Of a stretch of 61,602 nucleotides of DNA, positions 1 to 14,058 are shown piece by piece. Within the stretch, counting starts at the first letter, position 1. Each line of letters begins with the position of its first letter. This DNA is from Octopus bimaculoides (taxonomy: Eukaryota): contig NC_068994.1 of NCBI RefSeq assembly GCF_001194135.2, forward strand, positions 17,632,387 through 17,693,988. The letters run 5' to 3'. The notes beneath the pieces were generated by a model. That model saw nothing but the letters and a program-made list of their open reading frames with translations, searched no databases and was not told where the DNA came from. Position numbers and translations under genes: made by a program.

Positions 1-2710
1 GCAATGAAAGAAACGTCCTATGAAATTGTTATAGCATTGGTTAAAAAACGGAATCCTTTCTCTGATGGATGAGACATTGTTAGGCTTTGTCCCCGAATAT
101 TTACAAGATATCTTGGTGCTACGATTATCGATAAAAAAAAATTGACGAATTTACTCTTGTTACAGCAAACTGTTACGAGATTCACCGGAGAACTCTATTA
201 TATCTGACCAACTAAAAAAAACTTTTCTATGCTTGTAATTTGTTTTCTTAAACTTCAGATAAATCTACCGATATTTGTCATATATACGAGAGGGTGCCGA
301 AAAGTTCTTGGCTTTGGGTAAAAGAAAATACAGGAGGATCGGTTAATTATGATTTTATTCAACATATTCCCCTCTCAGATTCACGCATTTAATGCAGTGG
401 TCCTTCAGTTTTTTCTAATCCCTGTAAAAGAACTCGGAAAGTTGGGCCTCCAAACAGGCCTTTCACGACACCCTTAGAACCAGGAACTTTTCAGTATTCC
501 TTCGTAGTCCAGTATTTTTTATGAAATGTTTTTCTATTGCTAATTTCTTATCTATAGTCGCAGCTCATATAGGTGATTGCAATTCCAGTCAAACTGACAG
601 GTTTCCCGACCAAGGTTCATAGAAGCGTCATTTGTTCTGCGAAGTGGGATGAAATCCAATGACAAAGTATTTTTTATGCTTTGCATTTTTATTCCCTGCT
701 ACTATCCTGCTTTCCAATGACAGTGACATTTCCGCTCTTTTGGGGGCTTCGGGACTTCACGTGACCCTGGTAAGGTGGCAAACGGGCGTTATGTTTTGCC
801 AAAGGGCAACCAGTGATTTTGTCCGGGACTCCTTGAGTATTCACTGATGCTACAGGCCAGTCCCCTATCCGCAAAGTGTAAGCCAGATGAATGAGAGTTT
901 TCATCATCATACCATAATCTACAACGTGTGTAGATCAACTCACCAGAGACATTGGATACCTCCACGAAGACCTCCCTCAACTAACGCAGGAGACGGATGG
1001 TGTGTGAGAGTTAAAAATGTCCGAGCAAGCTCGACTAGATGATGAAATATTCTTATACGTGAAATTAATGTTTTTCAAGAACAAAAGACAAGGATCAAAT
1101 TGACTAACTTCATCTCTCTTGCGAAATCTAAAAATAAATTACTGGTAAACTCAACAGTCTTTTTTACTAATGAAAAGTTGGTGATCAGTAAAGCCACCGG
1201 GACTAATTCTTTTTTGAAAATGTTTTACATAAATATTACTGCATATGCACAAACAGTTGTGATGCGATAAGAAAAATAAATAAACTATAGAGAAGCGTAT
1301 GAATACAATTAGAGCAAAAAGCATTAAAGAAGAATACAAGAGAACATTGTGAAATGTTATCAAATTAAAACTGTTCGTTTCTCAGCTAGAAAATGACGAT
1401 TTTGAACCAGTTTCTGCGTAGAGCAACTGAGCTGTGAAAATTGGTAATTTTACTAGATATACTAAAAAAAATTATTCGTAGGCATGGCTAACTTTGCAAG
1501 CATGTGGTTTTGGGTTCAGTCTTCTACCATCACCCCGATTTGACCAATGTCTTGTGAGAGAATTTGGCGGACGGAAACTGAAAGCCCGTTGTGTGTGAGT
1601 GTATATACATAGAGAGAGAATGAGAAATAAAAAGTCCTTAGTGCAGTATTATATATTTTTAAAAATGGAATAAAATTGGCTTTTCTGATAATTTTTCCAC
1701 CTTAATAATTAGACGATTATAAACATCTAATTATTAAAGTGAAAAAATCAGAAAAGTCACTTCTATTCATTTTTTCAAATGTGTGTGTGTGTATACCCGC
1801 ACCACTTAACAACTGGTGTTGGCTTGTGTTAACGTCTACGTAGCGTAGCAGTTCAGCAAAAAAGTCCGATAGACTAAGTTGCAAACTTTAAAAAATAAGA
1901 ACAGGAGGCGATTTGTTCGACTAAACTTTTTCAAGGCAGTACTCCCATACAGACATAGTCCAATGACTGAAACAACTAAAAGAAGACTACAAGAATTATA
2001 TGGAGTTCGTTTGAAAGTTGTTTTCGTGATTTCGGTAAAGAAGACCGCATACAGGCATTGATAAATCTATCATCACTTACTGAACAAAAAACAAAAAAAC
2101 TCATGAAAATATCTAGTCATATACAAGGAAAACTTATTTACATGAAAAAAAATTCATTATTTCGTTTTTGTATTTGGTTTGCAAGATTCTTTATTTGAAT
2201 TCGTGTGTTGAAGCATATTTTATTGTGTCTAGGGAAAGTCATTCTCTTTATGCCTTATTAATTTAAGACACTCATCGATTTCCACTCATTTACTTATTTA
2301 TTTTTACTAAAATCTTCATTGCGACTTGCAACCTTTTCAATCAATAGTCGTTGACTCTGATCGTCACCGGAATTGCGTTCTAAGGCACTAAAAGAGAAAT
2401 GACACTCCCCAGACACAATAAAATTCATTATTGTAAAGAAAATATATTGAGCTTCTCATAGTTCCAAATGCTGCTGACATGATTAATTTCTGGCGATCAT
2501 TATAGTATTTTTAAAACTAAGAAAATTTCGGTTGCAGTAGTCATTTCGAACCAAATACTTTCATCTATGAAACTGATAAAACGAAGAAAATGCAGTCACG
2601 ATTGACGGATTCAAATTCGAAGAATTATCTACTTCTATGAGTCACTAATTTAATGCCAAACATTAAAAAGGTAGGCAAGAAATCAAAGCAGATTCAAAAA
2701 TTTCATTAAA
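1..2710 (+). mobile_element. Decayed hAT (SPIN/Buster/Charlie-like) transposase, fragmented by nested insertions
   Basis: Three collinear fragments translate to hAT-like motifs: 1-190 SYEIVIALVKKRNPFSDG...QTVTR, about 1365-1420 KLKLFVSQLENDDF, about 2460-2706 MINFWRSL...QSRLTDSN...MPNIKK...QIQKFH*. Stops and frameshifts are present. Confidence 0.7.
285..506. mobile_element. Mariner-type MITE
   Basis: TIRs TACGAGAGGGTGCCGAAAAGTTCTTGG / CCAGGAACTTTTCAGTATTCCTTCGTA with TA ends. A related fragment lies at about 26850-26905 (-). Confidence 0.75.
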
Positions 2711-3499
2711 GTAAGCAATGCTATGTGTGTCTGTACGCACAACACACACAGGAATTGAATGGGCGTACAAAACCTTAGTAATGCATTTAAACTCGTTCGG
2801 GAAACAAATGATGCTTTGAATGTAAAATAGTGGCCAAACCTGCTTTAGAGCAACTTTCTCCAGAAGTTTAAAGGGAGATGGGCAGGACTTGCTTTGAATC
2901 TTGTGGATGCTGTTCTTATTTCACAGAACATATTAGTTATATATTGACAACCGAATGACAAACACCCATCTAAAGATTACGGGAAAATTATTCTAGGTAT
3001 AGACGGGCGTTTTATTTCTGTTGAACCATTTTCTGCACTGCTTTACATCATTGCAGCAGTATACCTTCCGCTAAATAATTCAGGCCTTTATCAAAAAAAC
3101 TCAAGCGCCTTTAAAAGAAATCAATGCTGAGGCCTAAGAGAAAATACTTGCCCTCAGACTTGAAATGTATTTTCAACTAACACTGAAAAATGTATCCTTG
3201 CAGATGAAAGAAATGAAACTTTCAAAAGAAGCCAGTTTGTCACAAATCGTAAAACATTTTGTGCCATTCGTAATGAAGTAATAGGTTATAACGAAAATGT
3301 CATGTCCAACTAATTGAACTTGCTCTACCAGTTCCCAAGATCTTAATCAGAATTATTGAATGCAAACTACCGTCTACTGACTGAACGTTTGATATCGTCA
3401 TGCAATTTCTTAAAATCTCTTTATAGATTTTTAAGAAATGATTTGTACATAACAAAAATAGTTTGAGTGAAAACAAGGAAAAAAGCAGACAATTCCACC

Positions 3500-3647
3500 C
3501 ACTAGCGTAGTGGGGTGAGAGTAGGGACGGTCCGCCCCGGGCGGCACTTTTGGGTCTACTGTAGGCAATATGTGTTTTTTGTGTGGTCCGGGGGGAAGCA
3601 TACGGAAGGGCCGCCTCTGGGCGGCACACGCTCTAGCTACATTAGTG
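3500..3647. mobile_element. GC-rich hAT-type MITE with 8-bp TSD
   Basis: Imperfect TIRs CACTAGCGTAG / CTACATTAGTG, flanked by ATTCCACC (3492-3499) and ATTCCATC (3648-3655). Confidence 0.7.
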
Positions 3648-4046
3648 ATTCCATCTGTCTTCTCAATGTGTTAATTTTCTGTGACTGAGTTGTATACGTT
3701 ATTAAGTGTTAGTTCCGAAGTATGTACGGTGAATACTGGTTCCAGTATAAGATACACTCCACCGAACCTCTCTCTATCGAATATGCCAGTGTTAGACAAT
3801 TTTGATTCACTGCCTGTCACGTTATTATATTGATTAAATATTAAAAAATAAATAAAATGAAGATTTTAGCAACCAATAAAAGGGTTACAGCTAAAATGGT
3901 TTTCAATCACATTTAAATTAGACCAAAATAACTTGAAAGAAAAAACTAAGAGGCACACACACAAAAAAGAAGACAAAAACATTTCTGAAGCAAGACTTTT
4001 GCACTTTCTCTTCTTTCCAAGAATTATTGTATTTGATACTAAGTAC

Positions 4047-4425
4047 TAAGAAGGGGGCGAATTGGCAGAATCGTTAGCATGCCGGACAAAATGCTTAACA
4101 GCATTTCGTCTGTCCTTACGTTCTGAGTTTAAATTCCGCCCAGATTGACTTTGCATTTCATCCTTTCGGGGTCGATAGGATATGTTGACTAGCACCCCTG
4201 CCCAAATTCTATGCTTTGTGCCTATTGTAGAGAGAATTATAATCGTTAGCATGCAGGGCGAAATGTTTAGCGGTATTTCGTCTGCCGCTACGTTCTGAGT
4301 TCAAATTCCGCCGAGGTCGACTTTGCCTTTCATCCTTTCGAGGTCGATAAATTAAGTACCAGTCAAGTACTGAGGTCGATGTAATCGACTGTCTCCTCTC
4401 CACAAATTCCAGGCCTTGTGCCTAT
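4047..4425 (+). mobile_element. Two tandem copies of SINE family C (GGCGAGCTGGCAGAATCGTTAGC...GTTCAAATTCC...GGCCTTGTGCC)
   Basis: tRNA-like A/B boxes. The same consensus recurs at about 14117, 16447-17373, 18230-18660, 28620, 38680-39025, 39280-39690 and 51316-51930. Confidence 0.8.
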
Positions 4426-7400
4426 AGCAATGGCTAACTATACAGGTGTTCTATTTTTCTGTGAAAGTGTTTATAATTAAATTTGGGTCAGCTCTTTTAT
4501 TGTGACAAAAACCAAACAAGCTAATCTATAGATGTCATTGTATAGCACCTCTGATCACTCATTATGCGTCAATTATTTCCCGTTTAAAGCTAAAACGCTA
4601 GTCATCTCCGTCTAATCTATTTATTAATGTGCATGCTTTTTTTTTTAATAAAACATGAATACTAAAATGTTACCATTCACATCTGATTCAAACTCTTTGC
4701 TGTAGCTATTGTTTGGTGAAGTGCATGGTGAATGTCAAATTTTCAGACATTAAATAGCTTTCAGCAAGTTCTTTATTTGTTCGTTTTTTAATAATTTCTC
4801 CAAATTATATTTCTGTAATCTTTGACTGTCTTGTACAGATGGAAAACGCACATATCAAAGACTTAAACGATAAAAGTAAACATTAATTATGATCAAGATT
4901 TTCTATGGTAATCGTATACTTTCCATTAAGATGTGCAAATTTGGCAGTGATCAGCTCTCTTTTTACTTTTTCTTTTCTTTTTTTTTTTTTCGTTATATCC
5001 TTTGAAGAATTTATTTTGCGTTGCTCAGTTCGCCTAATAAATCTATAATAATCAGGAAATAGAATCATTCAGAGAAAGACTTCTCTCTAAAAAAAGCTAA
5101 AGCTAAACAAGAAGCAAGAGCCCTTTAAATTTCGAAAGTTTGTGAACAGACAAAAATTTTTATAAGGCCGATGTATACCTAATCTGATAAAATTCATTAT
5201 TGCTCATTAATTTTATTGACACTCCCATTCTAGAAATGATGATCGACAGTGGCGGTTTTAATGGGATTCGAACTCAGAATTAGCAAAAATTAGCTTCCGC
5301 AAAGCATCTCAACTCAGGTTTTCGTCTTTGAACAAACTCTTACTCTTCTAATAAACTAATTTGCAATCTTCTACCTAGTCTTTCGATCTCCTTCAATTCA
5401 CACACTACAGACAAATAATATCAGATACACTGTCTGAAAAAAAAAAGTGACACGATGGTCGCGGCTAGGATGTCTTAGATCAGAGATTTATTTGATCAGA
5501 GCCGATCAAAATCGTTGTGCAGAACTTCTGACGTTTAGTCTGTTTTCTTTACTTACCATATATATTATTGTATACTGAGAATATTACATTCCAAAGATAC
5601 ATCTAAGCTCCTTTATCTAATTTTTTTAGCTCCATTTTTACATTCGGTGGTCGTAGTTTCTTTGTGATTAGAAAGAAAAAAAAACTCGTATTCGGCATTA
5701 TTTCTTAACGCTTCCGAGATGCAATCATTAGTTGATAAGATACTGAACTTAGGCTTCTTCGGAGACGCAACAATCGAATAGATAAAGTGCTGAACTTTGA
5801 TTTTCTGATTGTGAGTTCGTTTCCCACTGCAATCGCGGTGTTTGTCTCTCTCTGGATTAAACTCCTAAATCTGCTATGACAAAGAAAATATATTGTGATT
5901 TAAAGGAAGAACATTGCACTGTAGATGGTAACCTCCCTGTTAACCGAATCCACCACTCCGAATCCTGTTTCACTTCATTTACGTTGTCGATGTGGCTGGG
6001 AAGGACATGAAAGCCTCAACCTCCGTTTTCTGAGTGAAGTCAATACAACTATTTACACATTGATAAACTGCTAATTACTAAATATAACCAATCAGAAAAA
6101 TACATATATTTTTATGCTTTGGACAGTAAGTCGTTTGTCTTTTTATTTAAAACTTAGGCCATCTGTTTGTATTATAAAATATACTTTACAACAGCCATAG
6201 AATATGTGGTTGTTTAGCCCAAGGTCAGTCCTGATTGAGAAAACTTATGATCAAAGGTATTCTAAGCATGACCATCCGTCTTTTTGTATATCAGAGACTA
6301 CATTGTCCAATGTATCCTTCTTTATCTTAAAAGACAGTGTAATTTGAGAGTGATTTAGCCGCTATTTCTAGTAGATTAAGCGACTGCATAGAGACTCCTT
6401 CGTAGCTTGATAGATTAAATGGAAATCTTACGGAAAATCTCAGTAAAGCTCTTTCTATTCCCAATAGATGTTCTTATTTGTGGTCCGCACGTGGTATAAA
6501 CTAGGTGAAGATTAACTGTAGGATTGGGAGCACTTTTCTCTGAATCTCTATAAAATCCTATGCATACTATCTACCACACTGCCTGAGGTTGATATAAGCA
6601 TAGTAGTAATATACAAAGTAATCATGATCGATAACTAATAAAAGACACCCACGCGATGCTTCCCAGGTAGAAGTAAATGAAACAGGAGTCCTTGGGTGAC
6701 CCTCGGACACACTCCACACAAACACACAATTTACTTTGATCTACATCATACAAATAGACAATTAATGGCATTCTCATTTTAACCAATGTATTGCAGCAAA
6801 ATATTTCTTAGGGAAATACTATTTATGAATGAATTTACATTGAAGATTTTTCATTCAGTATTTCTTTCAGATACGTAAACGTATAAAAATAAATCGTTAT
6901 TCATGGAAACAAATACAAACTATTTCAGATTCCAGTTGTAATTATTTCAGTAATGACATTGGGAAATGTGTAAATGATACAGCTTCCGATTCCCGTGTCC
7001 CTGAAAATTTCATATTACACACCTTATTCAACTCCCCAATTTCTTATCCCAATATACATACTTCCAATGGCTTTCATTCATGCTCACAAAAATTGTTACT
7101 ATTATAATTATTTTGGTAGATTCTAGGGTATTTATGCACTTCTCTTTTCTCTTCTATAAACCGAGGAACTTCTCTCTATGTTAGACATTATTAATTATTA
7201 TTATTGCAGTAAATATTCCAAAATTGAAATAAAATGACAAAATTGTATCTTTTTAAGGATCTATCAAAAATAATTTATGAAAGGGTTGTGAATGGATATA
7301 AAATTACGTAAGTGATAATCAGAATGCATGATGTTTATGTATATATTATATTATATATTATATATATTTGTGTGCATATGTGTGTCGTAGTGTATGTGTT

Positions 7401-8839
7401 ACATGCATCTGTGAATATTGTGTCGAGGCAAAGTAATCTGTTTTGAGAGATATTAGTCTATTCATTGAATATCGACTTTTTCTTCTTGCAAGAGGGTGCT
7501 GGAGACATCGAATAAGCTTAGATCGCACGCAGAGCTCTCACCACAGTCAGTAACACATACGGACACTGGTTGAAACTCCGACGATTTAAGATTTGCTAAA
7601 ACGACGTTTCTTGACAATCAGCCGTCTTAATTTGGCTTACAGCTTACTAATAACTTCCAAATAATTCCAGGTTAGTTTCAGTTAATTCTGTCATTGTTTC
7701 ACAATTGATTAATCATTTATTTGTTTGTTTATTTATACACAAACACTTCCCTGTTCTTGATATTCCCCTTTTATTGTTGTTGTAGCCAAATATATAATTA
7801 CATCAGTGCATTATCTCAGAATAGCAATTGGAGAAAGAGAGAAAAATTAAATGAAATGAAAATTAGCATATACTAATTGTCAAATTTTATTTCTTTTCCT
7901 TCTTTTTATCTCAATTTCTCTTTTTCCACTGTTCCCCTTCTTGACAAATTGTCTACACCATTATTTTTGTTTAGTGATTCAGTTCTTTCTTTCTTTCTTT
8001 ACTTCTTCCCTGTGTTCTTCAGAATTAATCTTTTTCTCTTTTCCATCTTACACAATTGTCATTATTGTGTATAATTTTTCTTTTGGCTATATACAGTTTT
8101 ACATGCATCTTCTGACACAAGGTTGTTACATTACTTTATTTACATCAATCATTTTCGTTTTGCTTAATTAATTAATCATATCGTTCAACGTTCATTAACA
8201 CAAAAACTACTGTATGTCACTTTAAATGACAACCGAGGTCTCAAACAGATTAGAAGGAACATCTTTTTCTTCTTAACTGTATGGTTCTTGTCTCTTGAAT
8301 TCATTCTCAAAAATAAAATAAAATAAAATAAAATGAAAATAAAAATAAAACATAAGGCCTTATACATGGAGTGATTAGAAAGCATTTAATTGTTCAGAAT
8401 GAATATTTGTGAATACAAACTGTTATGCTAATTGTGTATTATCAATGAGATACCCTACCTTTTTTAAGTAAAATAATAAAGCATGTGAAAAGAAGTATAA
8501 ATAAAACCGAGAAAAAGTCTGTCATGCGTCATTTCGTCGTTCTAAATAATTTTATTTACTTTTATAATTGTATTGACAAGTTGAAAGATCTGAAAAATTC
8601 TGACTTAAAGACGAATAAATACAATTCAACACAACGTTTCCAGTTTAGCAGCAATTTTAACTTTTACATTATTATAATGAATACTTTGCCCGTTAAGTGA
8701 CATCAGATTGAGGAAGGAAAGAAAAAGGCAAGCACTGAGAGAGAGAAAGTCTATCTATCAGTCAGTGCTTCTTTCAATTCTGCTTTGAAAAAAATTCTGT
8801 TACATTTGATATTGTTACATATCAAGCTAAGTTAGTAGT

Positions 8840-9078
8840 TAATGTTTCCGGTTGAACAGAATAGCGGAATAGAAAGAAAACGAATAAACTAACGCACACG
8901 CTATAACAGCAGCGGCCATTATAAATAGAAAGAAGTATTGCCACAATCATAACGTATAAACTCGATCGATTTAAGATCTTTCAATGATGATAGCTTTATT
9001 GTTGTTTACTAAATTCATTATAAATACCTAATTTATCCCTCCTTTTTTTATTTTTGCCGTCGTTCTGAGACACTAGCT
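8840..9078 (+). promoter_or_regulatory. Probable CHMP7 promoter/5'UTR
   Basis: CpG-retaining segment just upstream of the ATG, with a YY1-like GCGGCCATT and a TATAAATA. The TSS cannot be determined from sequence. Confidence 0.4.
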
Positions 9079-9341
9079 ATGTGCAAGGGAATGGATGATG
9101 CAGAGTTTGATAATATGTGGTCGGATGACCAAAAAATGAATGTTATGTTTTCGGTTTTTCGCGATAAATCAGTGAATCCTCTTTCGTGGGAACAAAAAAT
9201 GAATTTTTGGCAGGAAACCATCGAACGTTACTGTGCAAAAAATGATTTGGTTATTGTACTTCCGAGTACCCTGCCCATATATTTTACCAGAAAAGGTCGG
9301 ACCCCACAATGTCTCGATGTTGTCATTGCAGAGATGAAGCG
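9079..9341 (+). CDS. CHMP7: CHMP7 coding exon 1 (MCKGMDDAEF...CLDVVIAEMK-R)
   Basis: ATG at 9079, donor AAGCG|GTATGT. Contains WSDDQKMNVMFSVFR...NPLSWEQKMNFW and F-TRKGRTPQCL, typical of the CHMP7 N-terminus. Ends in phase 2. Confidence 0.92.
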
Positions 9342-9525
9342 GTATGTTTACTCTTCGATAATTTTATACACGTTTTCTTCCTATATTCTCTTTTCTAAAT
9401 TTTCGACTGTCAAGATTTATGAATTATTCGTCAACATTAATTCCTTTTTTTATTTTCCTCCGGACACTTTCGTCATGTTTTGATGATTGACTTCGTGCAG
9501 TTTATCTGCTATGTGTCAACCTGAT

Positions 9526-9914
9526 GTGGAGGTGCAATGGCCCAGTGGTTAGGGCAGCAGACTCGCGGTCATAGGATCGCGGTTTCGATTCCCAGACCGG
9601 GCGTTGTGAGTGTTTATTGAGCGAAAATACCTAAAAGCTCCACGAGGCTCTGGCAGGGGATGGTGGCGAACCCTGCTGTACTCTTTCACCACAACTTTCT
9701 ATCACTTTCTTCCTGTTTCTGTTGTGCCTGTAATTCAAAGGGTCAGCCTTGTCACACTGTGTCACGCTGAATATCCCCGAGTACTACGTTAAGGGTACAC
9801 GTGTCTGTGGAGTGCTCAGCCACTTGCACGTTAATTTCAGGAGCAGGCTGTTCCGTTGATCGGATCAACTGGAACCCTCGACGTCGTAATCGACGGAGTG
9901 CCAACAACAACAAC
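9526..9914 (+). mobile_element. tRNA-derived SINE family A, young CpG-intact copy
   Basis: A box TGGCCCAGTGG, B box GGTTTCGATTCC, (CAA)n tail. Near-identical copies at 18871-19257 (+) and 53565-53838 (-). Confidence 0.85.
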
Positions 9915-12198
9915 TTGATAGAGCTCTCTCTCTTTCAGCCTATACTCGTGATAAGAATCGAATTCAATACTATTAAACTAAAGGATGTGTCCAATTATTT
10001 TGTGCTGTTGTTTGTTTGTGTGTATTTTAAGGAAGAGACAGTGCCCATGGATTTCACAGATCTTCTGTGGTCGGTGAGATTGATTCCGTTAACGTTTGTT
10101 ACAAGTTGACACCTGCAAGAAGGGGTTCCAGAGGGTCGACGTTCTGGTAATGAAGGATTTGGGGCTGTATTTAGTGTTTAAACCAGGAGTGCCTGAATAC
10201 AAATAACACGAGTTAATATAAAGATTTTCACCCGGAAACAAAAATAATAGATTAATAAAGCAGCCTGCTGGGTGTTGACAAGTATGTAGAAAACGAATAT
10301 GAAAAAAAAAATGCGCGCTAACGGATCCGATTCTGAAAAAAAAAATTTTCAAAATTTCACCACCACGCCCCTTCTTTTTCCGGAAATCTTTGGGGGTTTT
10401 TTTTGCGGAATACGTAGAAAAATACGGAGATTATGATTCTGAAAAAAATTTGCTTGTAAAATTTCAGTTTTTCAACAAAAAACAAAAATATATATATACC
10501 CTCAGGCCTTCAAGCAGGCTATCCGCATGCTAGAAATAACAGCCAAATCTCACAAAACTGCGATAACATAATGTAATCAATCTACTCACCTTTCTGCAAA
10601 GATTTCTTACAGAGTAACTTCTCTCAATAATATGACAAAACAATTCATGTGAAATTAAAGTGGGTTTTTTTTTTAGTCCTCTCCTAACCCTAACCCCTCC
10701 CCAGGGAACAATAATCCATTATGAGTCTCACCAGTGTCAGTAAATTTTTGGTGCTGAAGTATTTTCTAACCCTGAAAAGAAGGGCCAGCATATGAGATAC
10801 AGTCCCAATTATATTAAGGACGTGCTTACACCGGGTATAGTGAGGCCTAACGTTTAGAGCGGCTGTCAGGGCTGTAGCTGTATGCTGCCCTGTTGATTTA
10901 AGTTGTGGTTGTAATTTTTTTTTTTTTTTCGCTGTTGACTGATCAGCCTGTCCCCATTGTATTATGTTTACTGTGATATACATGGTCCCCACAGTGTGTT
11001 GTGTTTACTGTGGTGTGTATGTACAACTACATCGGCTCAATTGTTGATTATTGTTTTAGCTACAAGTCTTGTGCACTGCTGGTGGAAAGATGTGACTGGT
11101 AACCAAAATGTGTGCTGGTAACCAAGCATCCTATCATGTTTTCTGCTCTTCTCTGTCATTTTGTTTTGGATAGTTCTACAGTTCTTTTCAATGTTCTTGG
11201 TCTACTTTTATAAAGAATACTTTTAATGCCAGATCACAGCACTTTTTCACCCAACCTGCATCAGTTCGCTCTTCTGTATACATTGCTCAGTGTTGTTAAT
11301 GCCCAGCTATTTTCTCACCTTATTTGCATGCAATCTGGTACGACGGTTTCACACTCAACTTGTTCTAATAATCGTCATATGTCTCCTATATTTTGGTCTA
11401 TGTTGTATTACTATATAGCATTACTTTTCACATGAACTTCAATATAAAATTATATTAACCAAGTAACCCAACTTATTTACTACTTGCAACAAGCTATCTA
11501 AGCAGTCATCCACTCTATGGTCATCTGTAAACTGTCTTGGCCCTGAACTGAAATCTGTTTCACTTAGCTCCATCTGATCAATGCAAGTATGGAAAAGTGG
11601 ATGTTAAAACGATAATGATGATGAACATACGCAAGTGTCTTCTACTACAGCCCCAGAATGATCAAAGCCTTGCAAGTAGATTTGGTAGACAGAAACTGAA
11701 GTTCTGTCGTGTGTGTGTGCATGTCAAATTATTGTAAGTGGGCATCACCATCATACAAGTGCTGTTGTATGTTTTTTGTCTTCCATGGCAAATTATTACC
11801 TTGCTTGGAAACAATTGAAAGTTGGTGACAGGAAGAGCATTCATTCAGGGAGAATGTTAGCCTGCCTGCCTAGCCAGCAGAATGGCATTATTCAAAAGCT
11901 ACAACAATGCAAGAAAGTGCATTGTGACCAGTGGTGTATAACACCTGATAGTCCAGTTGATACAATGATACTGTGACTACCTGTACCAGCACCACATAAG
12001 AGCACTCGTGCCAGTGCCACATATGTAAAACCCCACACACTCTGTAAAGTGGTTGGCATTAGGATGGGCATCCAGCTGTAGAAACAAGCCAAATCAGACT
12101 GGAACTTGGCACAACCCCCCTGCTTGCTAGCTCTGGTCAAACCATCCAGTCCATGCCAGCATGGAAAACAGATAGTAAATGATGAAGATGATGAATGT

Positions 12199-12580
12199 AG
12201 GCGCAGGAGTGGCTGTGCGGTAAGTAGCTTGCTTACCAACCACATGGTTCCGGGTTCAGTCCCACTGCGTGGCACCTTGGGCAAGTGTCTTCTACTATAA
12301 CCTCGGGCTGACCAAAGCCTTGTGAGTGGATTTGGTAGACGGAAACTGAAAGAAGCCCGTTGTATATATGTATATGTTTGTGTGTCTGTGTTTCCCCACC
12401 CCCCATCGCTTGACAACCGATGCTGGTGTGGTTACGTCCCCGTAACTTAGCGGTTCGGCAAAAAGAGATCGATAGAATAAGTACTAGGCTTACAAAGATT
12501 AAGTCCTGGGGTCGATTTTCTCGACTAAAGGCAGTGCTCCAGCATGGCCGCAGTCAAATGACTGAAACAAGTAAAAGAGT
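12199..12580 (+). mobile_element. tRNA-derived SINE family B (GGCGCAGGAGTGGCTGTG...GAAACAAGTAAAAGAG)
   Basis: A/B boxes, CORE-like GGCACCTTGGGCAAGTGTCTT, internal (TA)n/(TG)n. Many other copies in the window. Confidence 0.85.
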
Positions 12581-13664
12581 ATGTGTAAAATTTAAGCATA
12601 CATTGTTGAACCCAACACATTCTGAGTGATTTAATCTGAGATATATCACAAGGTATTTGATAAATAGTTAACAGCAAATTAAAATATTTCAAGTTACATT
12701 ATTCTAAATATAAAACATGGAACAGAATTAAACAACTCAGAAAAACCTCATCAAATATATGTGAAAAGACCTATTTAGCACTGGAACAAGTCCTGTTTCT
12801 ACACACTGAATAAATCACTCGTGTCCAATGAATTGCAACACATTAACAACAATTAACCATTCGGACACAAACATATGCATGCTCACACACACACACACAC
12901 GTAGTTATGATCATCCTAATTCTTTTCCTGTGCTGTCATAAATTCAGTGTTAGTTTTATAGCAGATTATTACCGGTCTTAATCCTGTTCTATCTTACTTG
13001 TCAGGCCCATCATCTTGCAAGCTGATCTCATCACTTCCTCAACTTCTTATCATTACAGAATGTACTACCATCATGTTTGTGTGTGTGTATGTACATTATA
13101 AATATGTTGTCGTTGTTGTTGTTGTGTGAAAGAGCAGAGTGACACTGAGATACAAATATAAGAAACCCAGTATATGCATCATGACTACACGTCTGATAGG
13201 GGTACACCAGGCACCTGCATCACAACCATATGTGTGTGACACAGTGATCTCATATCAAGTTAAACAGCGCATGACCTTGCAGATGGGACCCAGTTAGAAT
13301 TTTCTTCAGGTCAAGTAGCCCATCCCACTCAAAAGGTCCCTGAATAAGAGTTGTTTAAGGATGTTGAACAAAACACCCATGTTTCCAAAGGTGAATTATT
13401 TAAACCCCAAAGAATTCCTCTCAACACATGGCTATGATGCTTCCCCACTACTTCTGCTCGTGATAAGAGATGCACATATCGTCGGCCATTAAGGAACTTG
13501 CTCAACTGGTTAATGTCAAGCAACTGACAAGCAAATCTGTGTATTGAGCAGAATATTTGCTGTTGCCCATCTTTTGATATCAAGACAAACCATGTACATG
13601 ATAACACTTTCAATCAGTTAGGATCAAAAGCCATGAGAGCCAGTGCCTGGTTTTGCATCATGGC

Positions 13665-13710
<46 letters not shown>

Positions 13711-13711
13711 T

Positions 13712-14058
13712 TTATTAGCATCTTCTTTCAATTCTGTTTCCATTTCTTGTTGAGTGTCTTCCTGACACCTAGGGCAGAGAAATGTAGTGTATATATTGGT
13801 AGGCCATTAAAATAAACACACCAGATTGTTCATTTACAAAGTCATATGATAAAGAAAAAGGGGGAGACAGAGAGAAAAAGGAAAAATAAAAGAGTAAACA
13901 GATAAAATAAATTCACAGTGACAATGCTCTTCTCAATACGTGTGACATATCAGTTAAGATAATCTTTTGCACTTTCTGCATGGATGGTAAGCCAGGGATC
14001 ATTCTTAAATAATTTTCAGTTCCTTTTTTGATCATTCCAAGTGATCCTACAATCACTG

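Noticed and set aside
4820-4880. Possible exon TGTACAG|ATGGAAAACG...AA|GTAAAC upstream of CHMP7
   Set aside because: The donor is weak, I found no partner exons and I do not recognise the peptide.
9342-9483. Extension of the 9079-9483 ORF
   Set aside because: Similarity to CHMP7 stops at the GT donor at 9342; the rest is intron read-through.
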